Source: Verrucomicrobiia bacterium (GTDB lineage Bacteria; Verrucomicrobiota; Verrucomicrobiia; Limisphaerales; UBA1319). Taken from it: 64,000 nucleotides of DNA. Made by a program: the position numbers and the translations under genes. The DNA lies in contig OY760937.1 of NCBI GenBank assembly GCA_963664225.1, positions 1,696,001 to 1,760,000 of the forward strand, written 5' to 3'. This document shows positions 9,865-21,000 of the stretch, piece by piece (position 1 is the first letter of the stretch; each line of letters opens with the position of its first letter). Under the pieces are notes generated by a model that made no database searches, was not told the origin of the DNA, and was given only the letters and a program-made list of their open reading frames with translations.

Positions 9865-12800
9865 ATGATCAAGAACATCATCCTTCTGCTCACGACCTTC
9901 TGCATTTTTCCCATTGTCCTGCACGCGGAAGGACCGGCGCAACTAAAGCGCGCCCCTGGAAAACAAGCAATAGCCGTCTATTGCCCGTCGGACGCCCGAC
10001 CCCTGGAAAACCTCGCAGCCCGCGAGATCCAACGTTACCTCTATCTCCGCTCCGGTTCCTTGCCGCCCATCACGCATCTCGCAAATCCCGAAGTTCTCCC
10101 CGGCGCGAATGCCGTCCTCATCGCCCAGAAAGACCGGCCGATCTGGAATTCCCCCGCACTGAGCGCTTCGTTACAGAAGGACATCCATGCCCTGCAACCC
10201 CAGCAGTACACCTTGAAAACCCTCGATACTGCTGCGGGTCGCTGCGTGTTGCTGGCGGGTGGGGATGATACCGCCACCCTTTATGCGGCTTACGGCTTCG
10301 TTGAAAAACTGGGCGTGCGCTTCTATTTGCATGGCGATGTGATCCCCGACCGGGACTCCACACCCTTCACCCTGCCCCGTGTGGACGAAGCCGCCCGACC
10401 ACTCTTCGAACTACGCGGCATTCAGCCGTTCCATGATTTTCCCGAAGGACCAGACTGGTGGAATACGGACGATTACCTCGCCATTGTCGCGCAACTGCCC
10501 AAGCTGCGCATGAATTTCATCGGCCTGCACACCTATCCCGAAGGCGCGCCCAACGCCGAACCCACCGTGTGGATCGGTCTGCCCGGCGATCTCGATGAGA
10601 AGGGCAAAGTCAAATTCAGCTATCCCTCCAGTTATCAAAACACCTCCCGCACCAATTGGGGCTATGCGCCGCGTAATACCTCCGAATTCAGCGGGGGCGG
10701 CTCTCAACTCTTCGAGCGTGACGCCTTCGGCGGAAACGTCATGGTCGGCCTTTGCCCCGAACCCTCCACACCGGAAGACTCGAACGAACTCTTCGAGCGC
10801 ACCGGGAACATGCTCTCGCGGACCTTTGGCTATGCGCACCAGTTGGGCGTTAGGACCTGCGTCGGCACGGAAACCCCGCTGACCATTCCCAAAAAACTCG
10901 ATGAGCATCTCAAGGCGCTGAATAAAAAGGCCACCGATCCGGAAGTGGCACAAGAGCTTTATGAAGGCATTTTCCAGCGCATCATGAAAACGCAGGCGCT
11001 CGATTATTATTGGTTCTGGACGCCTGAAACCTGGACTTGGGAGGGCACCAAAGAAGAGCAAGTCAAAGCCACCACCAACGACCTGATGTACGCCATGAGC
11101 GCCGCCAAACACGTCAAAGCCCCCTTCACTCTGGCCACCTGCGGATGGGTGCTTGGTCCTCCCGGAGACCGGGGATTGTTCGACCAGATTCTGCCCAAGG
11201 AAATGCCCATGAGCTGCATCAACCGCGAGGTGGGCAAAACGCCCGTCGAGTCCGGGTTCTCCCGTGTGCAAGGCCGCCCCAAATGGGCCATCCCCTGGCT
11301 CGAGGACGATCCCGCGCTCACGTCTCCGCAACTCTGGGTGGGGCGCATGCGTCAGGACGCGGTCGATTCGCTCGATTACGGCTGCAACGGACTGCTCGGG
11401 ATTCACTGGCGCACACGCAGCCTGAGCCCCAATGTCTCCGCCCTGGCCAAAGCCGCATGGGAGCAAACCTCATGGCGCACACAACAGGGTCCCGCCTCGG
11501 GCTGGCTGGGCGGACGTGACGCCAAGTTCCCCGACAACAAGATTGCTGACACATCCGAGCAACCCATCTACCAGTCCGTGCGCTACGGAATGAGCACGTT
11601 GCGTCTGGCCGTTCCCAACGGCTCTGTAACTGTGACACTGAAATTCTGCGAGCCCCACTTCGACGCCACAGGCAAGCGCGTCTTCGGCGTGAAAATCCAG
11701 GGCAAGTCCGTGCTGGACCACTTCGACATTTTTGCGCGTGTCGGCAAAAACAAGGCCCTCGATTTCACCTATCCTGATGTTCAAGTCACCAACGGCGTTC
11801 TGGAAATCACTTTCGAGCAACAGGTGGAAAGCCCCTCTCTTGCTGCGTTGACCGTCCAAGGCCCGGGCTTCTCCAAAAAAATCAACTGCGGCGGAGCGGC
11901 ATGGAAGGATTACGAGGCCGATCTGCCCGTGCTCCCACGCAATCAACCCACCACCGACTTCTACCTCGATTGGGCCAGCCAGGAATTCGGTCCGGAAGCC
12001 GGTCCTCAGGCCGCTCGCATTCTCTCAAAAATGGACGGTCAATTGCCACGCCCATCGGATTGGGTGGACGGCCCCGGCAATCTGAAGGCGGATACGCGGC
12101 CCTGGAGCGAAGCGGACCCGGAATACGCTTTTGTAAACGAACTCGAATCGTTGCGCTGCAAGGTTCGCGGACCGGGCAACAACGATCGTTATGAGTATTG
12201 GCTGAATTTATTCCAATCCATGCGCGCCATGGCAAAAGTGAATTGTGACTGGGGTCTCTATAATAATGCCATGAACGCCGTGCGTGCGGAGCCGGATTCC
12301 ACCGCAAAGATTCTTGTGGCCCGGGCAAAGGCCCTGCCTGCGCGCCGTCAAATAATCGCCGACTTACAGGTGCTTTACACCCATCTTTTGGCCTATATCT
12401 CCAACCCAGGCGAACTGGGCACTCTGGCCAATCTTGAGCAGCATGTTTTCGTGAAGCTGCTCAAAGAACCGGGCGAGGAGTTATCCAAAATCCTGGATGC
12501 CCCCCTGCCTGCCGACGCCCAAATGTCCGCCGCGTATCATGGTCCCACGCGCGTCATCATTCCCACCGTGCGCGGCAGCGTGGGCCAGGGGGAGGCGCTG
12601 CGCTTGAAGATCCTCGTGCTTGCCGAACAGCCACCCCGCTCAGCAGTGATTCGCTGGCGCACCATGGGCCAGGGATCCTTTGCCACCCTCCCGCTCGAAC
12701 ATGTCGCGCGCGGCGTTTACACCGCGCAATGGCCGCCGATTTCAGGCCGTCTTGCGGGAATCGAATACTATGTGGAAGTCAAACCCGCGCGTGGCAAAAC

Positions 12801-12867
12801 GATCCATTTCCCAGCCACAGCCCCCAAAATGAATCAGACCGTGGTGATCCATCCGGGTAATATCTAA
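9865..12867 (+). CDS. Secreted glycoside hydrolase-like protein with internal malectin domain
   Basis: Signal peptide MIKNIILL; GH67N-like region (YAAYGFVEKLGVRF), RGIQPFHDFPEGPDWW; malectin motif IYQSVRYG..VTLKFCE..GKRVFGVKIQG..FDIF. Confidence 0.7.
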   Translation: MIKNIILLLTTFCIFPIVLHAEGPAQLKRAPGKQAIAVYCPSDARPLENLAAREIQRYLYLRSGSLPPITHLANPEVLPGANAVLIAQKDRPIWNSPALSASLQKDIHALQPQQYTLKTLDTAAGRCVLLAGGDDTATLYAAYGFVEKLGVRFYLHGDVIPDRDSTPFTLPRVDEAARPLFELRGIQPFHDFPEGPDWWNTDDYLAIVAQLPKLRMNFIGLHTYPEGAPNAEPTVWIGLPGDLDEKGKVKFSYPSSYQNTSRTNWGYAPRNTSEFSGGGSQLFERDAFGGNVMVGLCPEPSTPEDSNELFERTGNMLSRTFGYAHQLGVRTCVGTETPLTIPKKLDEHLKALNKKATDPEVAQELYEGIFQRIMKTQALDYYWFWTPETWTWEGTKEEQVKATTNDLMYAMSAAKHVKAPFTLATCGWVLGPPGDRGLFDQILPKEMPMSCINREVGKTPVESGFSRVQGRPKWAIPWLEDDPALTSPQLWVGRMRQDAVDSLDYGCNGLLGIHWRTRSLSPNVSALAKAAWEQTSWRTQQGPASGWLGGRDAKFPDNKIADTSEQPIYQSVRYGMSTLRLAVPNGSVTVTLKFCEPHFDATGKRVFGVKIQGKSVLDHFDIFARVGKNKALDFTYPDVQVTNGVLEITFEQQVESPSLAALTVQGPGFSKKINCGGAAWKDYEADLPVLPRNQPTTDFYLDWASQEFGPEAGPQAARILSKMDGQLPRPSDWVDGPGNLKADTRPWSEADPEYAFVNELESLRCKVRGPGNNDRYEYWLNLFQSMRAMAKVNCDWGLYNNAMNAVRAEPDSTAKILVARAKALPARRQIIADLQVLYTHLLAYISNPGELGTLANLEQHVFVKLLKEPGEELSKILDAPLPADAQMSAAYHGPTRVIIPTVRGSVGQGEALRLKILVLAEQPPRSAVIRWRTMGQGSFATLPLEHVARGVYTAQWPPISGRLAGIEYYVEVKPARGKTIHFPATAPKMNQTVVIHPGNI

Positions 12868-12890
12868 ACTCCAATTCCGCTTGGAATAAC

Positions 12891-12931
12891 GTCCGGGCGC
12901 ACGGCCTCAATTGGTCGTGCGCCCGGACTTT
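12891..12931. terminator. GC-rich hairpin between convergent genes
   Basis: gtccgggcgcacg...cgtgcgcccggac stem followed by ttt. Confidence 0.55.
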
Positions 12932-12941
12932 GCTTACATCC

Positions 12942-13892
12942 TCAAATCTTCTCGAACTGCTGCAGCACGTAGTCCCGCGAGGCTTTAACCTCCTCCAGCG
13001 TGAGGTGCTCCAGGGCCAGATACAAATCCCGGTTCAGGCCCGCCAGCAGCCGCAAATACAACGGGTAATCCAGCACGCCCTGTCCTGCCGCCGGGAGGTC
13101 CGTGCCCGTCGCGGACGGCTTCACATCCTTGGCATGCGCCAGCACGGTGTGTTTGCCCACGCGCTGGAATATGTCCTTCAGGATCGACTCCATGTAGGGA
13201 AAGTCCTCTTTGCGGAAATAATTGCACGGGTCCATGATGAGCTTGAGCGCGGACGACGATTCGTCCTTGAACAACCTCTGCGTCCGCTCCGCCGAGCCGA
13301 TGATGTTCCTCCAGTAGGGTTCGATGGCCACCACCGCCCCGCTTTTTTTCGCCAACGTCACCAACCGCCCTATTGCGGCGCGGCATTGCTGATAACCCGC
13401 CTCCGTCTCGTTCTCCGGGGATTCCGCCCACTCCGATTCCCGGTTGAGCGTGCCTGTTTCCGTGGCCACGATCGGGCTGCCGAGTCTCTTCCAATTGGCC
13501 AGCAGGAACGCCATCCGGTCCTCGCCCTCTTTGCGTTTGGCCGCGTCGGGATGCACCACGTTGAAGTAACCATACAACCCCGCGATCTTGATGCCCTCCT
13601 GCGCAAGACTTGCCGAAATCTTGTCCGCCAGCGCCCAATCGGGTTGCAGCGGATTGAATCGCGCATCCGCAAACGAATACTCGCACACCACTCCCTCAAA
13701 ACCATCCGCCTTGATCTTTCGCGCCGCCTCAGCCACGGGAAGCCCGCTGTAGGGACCCGTGAACACAGCCAGGTGAATCTTCTTTTTGGCCGTCTCCCGC
13801 AGATCGGCCCTTGCGGTCACCCCGCAGGTCAATGCCGCCGCAGTGACCCCCGCCGTTTTCAACCACTTTCGACGATTCCACACTGTGCTCAT
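12942..13892 (-). CDS. Sugar phosphate isomerase/epimerase (TIM barrel), Tat-exported
   Basis: NRRKWLK twin-arginine signal; AIEP, MDPCN, HAKD, GQGVLDY, LEH motifs. Confidence 0.85.
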   Translation of the reverse strand: MSTVWNRRKWLKTAGVTAAALTCGVTARADLRETAKKKIHLAVFTGPYSGLPVAEAARKIKADGFEGVVCEYSFADARFNPLQPDWALADKISASLAQEGIKIAGLYGYFNVVHPDAAKRKEGEDRMAFLLANWKRLGSPIVATETGTLNRESEWAESPENETEAGYQQCRAAIGRLVTLAKKSGAVVAIEPYWRNIIGSAERTQRLFKDESSSALKLIMDPCNYFRKEDFPYMESILKDIFQRVGKHTVLAHAKDVKPSATGTDLPAAGQGVLDYPLYLRLLAGLNRDLYLALEHLTLEEVKASRDYVLQQFEKI

Positions 13893-13954
13893 TTCTATTC
13901 CTTTGTTTGAAACGTTTTGTATGAAGTCGGAATTTTAGTCGCCGCCTCTCACAC

Positions 13955-14341
13955 CTATTTAATCTTGTACGCGAGACCTTGAAAAACCGCAATCACCACA
14001 CCCTCGATGTTTTTGATTTCCACCAGATAGGTGCCCAGCTTGGAATTGGTGCTCACGGGACGCGCCTCAGCGGTCAGCGTGCCGGTGCCCGCGCCGGCCT
14101 TGATATAGGAAATGCTGGCATTGATCGACACCGAGACCATCGCCATAGAATTGCACGCCGCGGCAAACGCGTAATCGGCCAGCGTAAAAATCGCGCCGCC
14201 ATGCACCACCTTGTTCCCGTTCAAATGGCACGGCTGGATGTCCATCGTCACAACGGCCCGTCCATCCCCCAGCGAAACCAGTTTCAAGCCGCAGTGCTCG
14301 GCAAACTGGTCTCCCTTCAATAATTGTCTCACGGCTTCCAT
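13955..14341 (-). CDS. PaaI family hotdog thioesterase
   Basis: HLNGNKVVHGGAIFTLADYAFAAACNS motif. Confidence 0.9.
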   Translation of the reverse strand: MEAVRQLLKGDQFAEHCGLKLVSLGDGRAVVTMDIQPCHLNGNKVVHGGAIFTLADYAFAAACNSMAMVSVSINASISYIKAGAGTGTLTAEARPVSTNSKLGTYLVEIKNIEGVVIAVFQGLAYKIK

Positions 14342-14438
14342 GGCCCCTTTCTACCTCCGAAACCGCCCGGCACGCAAGCCAAGCCTGACCAACAGTCCCC
14401 ATGCCGCGCCGCTGGACCAGCTCAAAATGGTTTGCTGC

Positions 14439-15257
14439 TCATTTTGTCCCGGAGGTCAGTTGCTCGCGCATCCATTCCGGACGGTTGGTGGTAATCCCAT
14501 CGACTCCAGCGGCAACCTCTTTTCTTGCCACCTCCGCATCATCCACGGTCCACGTGTAGAGCTTGAGTCCGGCGTCATGCACTTTCTCGACAAACTCCCT
14601 ATTAATGGGAAATCCGGAGTTCACGTTCAGTCCATCCAGATTCGCCACCCTGGCCTTTTGGATCAACTCCTCGACTGCGGGAAACTGTTTTGTTTTGGAA
14701 TCCGATGAAACCAGCCACAGGACTTTCAGTTGTGGAAACTTCGCCTTCGCCTGTTGCATGGTTTTGTAATCGAAGCCAATAATCACGGTCTGCTCAGGTT
14801 TCTTTCCGCCGCGCTTTAACGTTTTTCGCAATTCAGGCAGAATCCTGGAGGAGGATTTGATTTCAATGAACAGCCGTTTCCCCTCAGGTACGAGCGGCAA
14901 CACCTCATCGAGCAATGGTATCTTCTCTGAGAACCCCCGGCCCTGCCATGAACCCCACTGGCCCACTTCCAATTGACGCAGTTCCGCCGCAGTCTGCGTT
15001 TCCACTTTGTTGGTGACGCCGGATATCCGCGCCGTGTTGCCATCGTGAATCACCACTATTTTCCCATCCTTGCTCAAACAAATGTCCAGCTCGTCGGCAT
15101 CGGCCCCCTGTTTGTATCCCAGTTTAAACGAGGAAAGCGTGTTTTCCGGCGCATCATGTGAGGCGCCCCTGTGGGCAATGATTTCAACCGCAAAAACGGG
15201 ATGGCTTCCAAGCAGACACATTGCAATTATTCCTGTTATTATCCACTTGTTTATCAT
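14439..15257 (-). CDS. Glycerophosphodiester phosphodiesterase
   Basis: IIAHRGAS..APENTL, ELD, IEIK, WTVD, GVDGITTNRP. Confidence 0.92.
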   Translation of the reverse strand: MINKWIITGIIAMCLLGSHPVFAVEIIAHRGASHDAPENTLSSFKLGYKQGADADELDICLSKDGKIVVIHDGNTARISGVTNKVETQTAAELRQLEVGQWGSWQGRGFSEKIPLLDEVLPLVPEGKRLFIEIKSSSRILPELRKTLKRGGKKPEQTVIIGFDYKTMQQAKAKFPQLKVLWLVSSDSKTKQFPAVEELIQKARVANLDGLNVNSGFPINREFVEKVHDAGLKLYTWTVDDAEVARKEVAAGVDGITTNRPEWMREQLTSGTK

Positions 15258-15458
15258 GAGTGATTTTATGTGTTGTCATGCCTTGCGCTGATACTTAAGG
15301 ATGACCTTATGATTTGATGGTTTCAACCATGAAAAGCCCGCTTTTGAGAAAGCGCGGAACGTGGAGAATCTCCCCACTCACGTCCGCAACTCGGGTCGAT
15401 TTGTCCACTGGCTCAAGTCATTTGACAACGCGGAACTCGTGACTGACTTTTTTCCGTT

Positions 15459-18080
15459 ATGTGGACACATTTCTTTTTAACGGCGATGATCCTCGAGCTG
15501 GGTTTCAACGCGATTGCTGCGCCCATCAACACCACGCTGGTGCTGCCATCGAATTTGCCAGTTCAGGGCTTCGCCACGACGAATGCTTTCCCTGGGCTCA
15601 CCTTCAATTCGCCGTTGGCCCTGGTGACACCGCCGGGCGAAACGAACCGGCTTTTTGTGGTGGATCAGGATGGACGCATTGTCGTAATTACGAATCTCGC
15701 GCAACCCAGCAGCACGGTGTTTTTGGACATTGCAGCGCGCATCCGGTCCGGCGGCGAGGAGGGTCTGCTCGGTCTGGCGTTCGATCCGAACTACGCCTCC
15801 AACGGCTACTTTTATATCTTTTACACCGCCATCGCCACAACCAGCGCGGGCACCGGACTCCATGAACGGTTGTCGCGATTCCAGGTGTCGCCGGACGATC
15901 CCAACCGTGCGTTGCCGGACTCCGAGGTTCCGCTGATTCTTCAGTACGATGAGGCCTCTAATCACAACGGAGGACAAATCGCCTTTGGACCGGACGGTTA
16001 TCTCTATGTGGGGCTTGGTGATGAGGGTGGAGGGAATGATTCGTATCAAAACAGTCAGCGCATCGATAAGGATTTCTTCTCGGGAATCCTGCGCATCGAT
16101 GTCCATTCCCAACCTGGCAATGTTGCGCCCAACTCGCATCCCTCCGTGGCGGGGAATTATTTGGTGCCTGCGGATAATCCATTTGTTGGTGCAACGGAAT
16201 TCAATGGCCTGCCGGTCGATCCAACGAAGGTGCGCACGGAGTTCTGGGCGGTGGGTTTGCGCAATCCGTGGCGGTTCTCCTTCGATCCTCTGACCGGAAC
16301 TCTTTATTGCGCGGATGTAGGCCAGGATGCCCGTGAGGAGGTGGACATTATCGTTCGCGGTGGTAATTACGGCTGGAACTACATCGAGGGAAATATCCCG
16401 GGGCCGCGCAAAGCACCTGCGGGATTTCAATCCATCGCGCCGATTTTGGATTACGCGCACGGCACCGCCACCAACCAGGGCAAATCGATCACGGGCGGCG
16501 TGGTGTACCGGGGGCAGCGCATGACCTCGCTGACCGGGGCATACGTGTTTGGAGATTATGTCAGCGGCAATATCTGGTCCGTTCGCTATGACGGGACCAA
16601 GACAACGCCCATGGAGTGGCTGACGCGCGATTCGAGTATTTCAGCTTTTGGAATTGATCCGCGCAACGGTGATGTTCTCTTCTGCAACCTCTCCTCAGGC
16701 ATGATCAAGCGCCTGACGTATGCCTCGGATACCACCGGCACTCAGTTGCCTCCCAGTCTTGCGGATACGGGCGCGTTCGTCGATCTGCAGACATTGCAAC
16801 CCGCCCAAAATATAACGCCCTACGACATCAATGTTCCTTTCTGGTCGGACAATGCGCGCAAACAGCGCTGGTTTGCCCTGACCAGGACGGGCTCCGCTGT
16901 TTCATTCAGCCGAACCAACCATTACGGATTTCCAGAGGGCGCGATCTGGGTCAAACACTTTGACCTGGAACTCACGAATGGCGTGGCTTCGTCGTCGCGA
17001 CGATTGGAGACGCGTTTCATTGTGCGTAATGCAAGCGGGGTGTACGGAGTGACCTACCGTTGGGATAATTCGCAAACCAACGCCTACCTGGTGGCTGACG
17101 CGGGATTTGACGAGACGTTCACCGTATGGGATCAGGGTGTGGCACGATTCCAGACCTGGCATTATCCCGGACGCGCGGAATGTCTGGCCTGTCACACCGC
17201 CGCAGGAGGGTATGCGCTTGGCTTCAATACCGCTCAGTTGAACAAGACTGTTCAGCGTTCCGGGGCGACTGTCGATCAAGTCGGGGCCTTGAGCGACGCA
17301 GGCTATTTCGATGTTCCCGTGAATGATCGTGCAACATTGCCTGCTCTGGCGGCGGCCAACGACACCACGACCAGCCTGGAGTATCGCGTACGTTCCTACC
17401 TGGAAGCCAATTGCGCCCAATGCCACCAACCGGGCAGCGCGGGTGTGGGGTATTTTGACGCGCGCACGATCACATCGACGGCGGCCGCGGGCTTGATCGA
17501 TGGGCATCTCAACGATGCCAAAGGCGATCCCAACAACCACGTGATCAGCCCTGGGCATCCGGAATTTTCGATACTTCTGACGCGTATTTCTCATAATGGT
17601 CCGGGACGGATGCCACCGCTCGCGACGACGGTTCTCGACACCCAAGCCATTGCATTGGTCAGCGCATGGATCACCAATGACCTGCCATCGTACCTGAGCC
17701 TCGAGGCCTGGCAGTTGAAGTATTTTGGATCGACAAATGCGCCCAACGCCGGGCCAGACGCCGATCCCGATCAGGATGGCTTTGGTAATATGTGGGAGTA
17801 TCTGGCCGGGGGAAATCCCATGCAGGCCGATCGTCCCTGGCACTTTGAAGTGTCCGTTCAACCGGCTACATCTGTGGCGACGTTGACGTTCCCGTGGCTG
17901 GCCAACCGGAATTTTGTTGTGCAGACCGCGGACGCATTGGAGTCTCCAATTCAATGGCGGAATTTGGATGTTCCTTCAAATCGTCCCCATTACCCCGCGC
18001 AAACTTCCACCGCAACGGTTGAGGACGCCTTTGCTCCGGGCACCAATAAATTCTATCGCGTGATCATGAACGCGCCGTGA
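15459..18080 (+). CDS. PQQ-dependent sugar dehydrogenase (GSDH-like) fused to a c-type cytochrome region
   Basis: GGEEGLLGLAFDP, NHNGGQIAFGPDGYLY, GLRNPWRFSFD; CxxCH motifs CLACH and CAQCH; C-terminal DPDQDG..EYLAG module. Confidence 0.85.
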   Translation: MWTHFFLTAMILELGFNAIAAPINTTLVLPSNLPVQGFATTNAFPGLTFNSPLALVTPPGETNRLFVVDQDGRIVVITNLAQPSSTVFLDIAARIRSGGEEGLLGLAFDPNYASNGYFYIFYTAIATTSAGTGLHERLSRFQVSPDDPNRALPDSEVPLILQYDEASNHNGGQIAFGPDGYLYVGLGDEGGGNDSYQNSQRIDKDFFSGILRIDVHSQPGNVAPNSHPSVAGNYLVPADNPFVGATEFNGLPVDPTKVRTEFWAVGLRNPWRFSFDPLTGTLYCADVGQDAREEVDIIVRGGNYGWNYIEGNIPGPRKAPAGFQSIAPILDYAHGTATNQGKSITGGVVYRGQRMTSLTGAYVFGDYVSGNIWSVRYDGTKTTPMEWLTRDSSISAFGIDPRNGDVLFCNLSSGMIKRLTYASDTTGTQLPPSLADTGAFVDLQTLQPAQNITPYDINVPFWSDNARKQRWFALTRTGSAVSFSRTNHYGFPEGAIWVKHFDLELTNGVASSSRRLETRFIVRNASGVYGVTYRWDNSQTNAYLVADAGFDETFTVWDQGVARFQTWHYPGRAECLACHTAAGGYALGFNTAQLNKTVQRSGATVDQVGALSDAGYFDVPVNDRATLPALAAANDTTTSLEYRVRSYLEANCAQCHQPGSAGVGYFDARTITSTAAAGLIDGHLNDAKGDPNNHVISPGHPEFSILLTRISHNGPGRMPPLATTVLDTQAIALVSAWITNDLPSYLSLEAWQLKYFGSTNAPNAGPDADPDQDGFGNMWEYLAGGNPMQADRPWHFEVSVQPATSVATLTFPWLANRNFVVQTADALESPIQWRNLDVPSNRPHYPAQTSTATVEDAFAPGTNKFYRVIMNAP

Positions 18081-18088
18081 CACGCTCT

Positions 18089-21000
18089 TTAAGCGCGGAT
18101 CATCGCCTTGATGGAGGCGATTTTCTGATCGAGCTTTTGCGTGGAGACCGGTTCGGCGGTGCCCAATTCCTGGGCGAAGCACGAGACCTTGAATTCCTCG
18201 GTCATCCAATACAACTCGCTCAATGGCCCGCGGGCCGCGGGTGGTATCGAGGGGGAACGCAAAAAGGCCCGCAGGTTTTCGACGTAGGGACGCATGCGCG
18301 CGGCCTTTTCCAGATCCTTGGAGGAATTCACCGACGCCCGCTGTCCACGGATGATCATGGCCTTGAGATAACGCGGCACATGGGCGAGGCGGCCGAACGG
18401 AATGAATCGTGGAAATTGCTGTGGCAGCAGGCTGTCGAGGTCCTGGCGCATGTCGGGATAGGTCGTGCGGCAGATCAAGACCTCATGGCGCAACTTGAGT
18501 ATCTCGCCAATCAAGGTGGAGAATCGGGTCACCAAACCTGGAATCTGGCTGCGGATGTTTTCCAGCAACGCGGCAAAGGCCGCCGCCGTTCTGGGCGCGG
18601 GCGGTGACACGCGGAGCAGATGGTTCTTAAGATTCACCAGCGCGGCCTCTTCCAGGTCGTCCAGTGTTCCCATGGTGACCAGATAAGGCTTCCACTGCTT
18701 CAAAACGCGCAGGTCTTTTTCAATCCAGGCCAACTCGCGAAGCAATTGGCGTTCAGCCAGACGAATGACACCGGCCAGGTGACTGGCCTCAGCCTCAGCG
18801 GGCTTTTGAAAGAGCCTCAGGCATATATCGTCGCCTTCAATTTGAAGACCCGGATGCGCATGGAGCGGAAACCCGGCGATGTCGGCCACCACGATGTCTT
18901 CGGGCAGGTCGCTGAAGCTCCAATCCGAAAGCCCGTAGCGTTCCCATTGCTCCACGGCCTTGCGCCATGCGGCGGTCTCGGCAGTGGTGTCGTGCGATTC
19001 CAATTGGACCCGCAACGCGGTCAGGTCGCGCCCTGAAGCCAGCGTCTTTTCGTCCTTGTCCACGATCTCGAACCGGGGACGCAGGTGCGGCGGAAGCAGG
19101 TCGATGTTCCACGATTGAGCAGGCACGATGACGCCATACCGATCCCGGATGAACGCGATGAGCGCCGGGAGGAAGGTCTTTCCCTCCGGAACAACAGCCT
19201 GGGCCATTTCCTTTGCCTTGGGAGGCAGCGGCATCAGAGTGCGACGCAAATCTTTCGGCAGAGCCTGCAGCAGGTGCAGGATTTGGGGCTCCCGCAAACC
19301 AGGCACCACCCAATCCAACAGGCCCGGATCGATCACCTGAGCCAGCGGCGCAGGCAGGCGCACCGTGACTCCATCGCTTTCCTTGCCGGGCGCGTAGGCA
19401 TAGGCCAATGGCACACTTCGTTCGCCCACGTCCAGGGTGTCTGGAAATTCGCCCGACTCGAAAGCCGCTGCCTTGTCCCCCAGCAAATCCGCGGGCATCA
19501 TGCGCAGGAATTGCGGATCGCCGGTGATGCGCTCGCGCATGACGCGGTTCAAATCCGCCACGGAGGAAACATTTTCAATCCGCTGGACGTAGTATTGGAA
19601 AAACAGTTCCTCGAGATCGGCCGCCACGCGCTGGGAAAGGCGGGTCTGCCAGATCTCGATTTTCTGCCGCAACTGGTGGTTGTGCTCCAGAAAACGCAAC
19701 TGGCCCGCAAGTCGTGAAAAATCGTGTGTCCCCTCAGCCTCGAACTCCGCCTGCTCGCCGGCAGCCGCATGGGCAATGGGCGCACGAACGCTGCGTCCGG
19801 CGCGTGGCTTGAAGTGATCGAGCAGGCCGTTCTCAACCAGTGCCGAACGGGCGAATATTGCAGTGGCTTCGGCCGGATTTTCCTGCCCATACGGGATGGA
19901 GCGTTCGAGCACTTCGAGACCGTTAAGCGTCAGGCGCTCCGTGGCCAGCACGCGACCGGAGAGCCCGTCCCAGCGTGGATCGCGCACGGTGCGCCGGGTG
20001 ACATGCCCGCCCAGATCGACAATCCACTGGGGATTGATCTCCGCCACGGTTCGGACGAACAGCCGCGAGGTTTCCAGAATTTCACCAGATACGATCCATT
20101 TGGGTTGCGCAGTCTTGTCGCCGGATTGCTTATCTGGAGCTTCTTTCCCGCGTTTCGAATGCGAGGTCTCGTTGCGGTTGAATATTCCCGAGCCGGGAAA
20201 CACCATCGCAATCCGGTTGCCAGCCAGTGTGTAGAAATTGCGTTCCTTCTTCGCCGCCACATGACCCCACAGCCCGGTCAGGATCGAACGGTGTATGGCA
20301 TCGAATGTGGCCGGAGTCTTGCTCACGGCGGTATCGCTGATATCGGCCAGGGCGTCGCGTAATTGAAAATGGATATCGCGCCATTCCCGCATGCGGGGAT
20401 AGGAGAGGAAGTGGGTTTTGCAGAACCGGCGCAACTGGCTCTGGGTCTTGAGCGAGTCCATGGAATCGTGATAGGCGTTCCAGATGTTCAGCAGGCTCAG
20501 GAAATCCGAACGGGGATCCAGGAATTTCTTTTGCGCGGCATTGGCGGCGTCCTGCTTGTCGAGCGGACGTTCCCGCGGATCCTGAATGCTCAGGCCGGCG
20601 GCGATGATCAACACTTCCGGCAGCGCCCCTTCGTGCCGCGCCTGGAGGATCATGCGGCCGATGGTGGGATCCACCGGCAGATGCGCCAGTTCACGGCCCA
20701 GCTCCGTCAGTTCCTTGCGCTCATCCAGCGCCGCAAGTTCCTGCAGCAGCAGATAACCGCTCTGGATGGCCGCGGGCGCAGGAGGATTGATGAAGGGAAA
20801 GGTCTCGATTTCACCCATGTGAAACGCCTTCATGCGCAGGATGACTTCCGCAAGGTTCGCACGCTGAATCTCAGGCTGGGTGTAGGGCGGACGCCCCTGA
20901 AAATCCTCTTCCGCATAAAGCCGGATGCACACGCCCTGCGCTACACGACCGCAACGGCCCTTGCGCTGGTTGGCGCTGCTCTGGGAAACCGGTTCCACGG

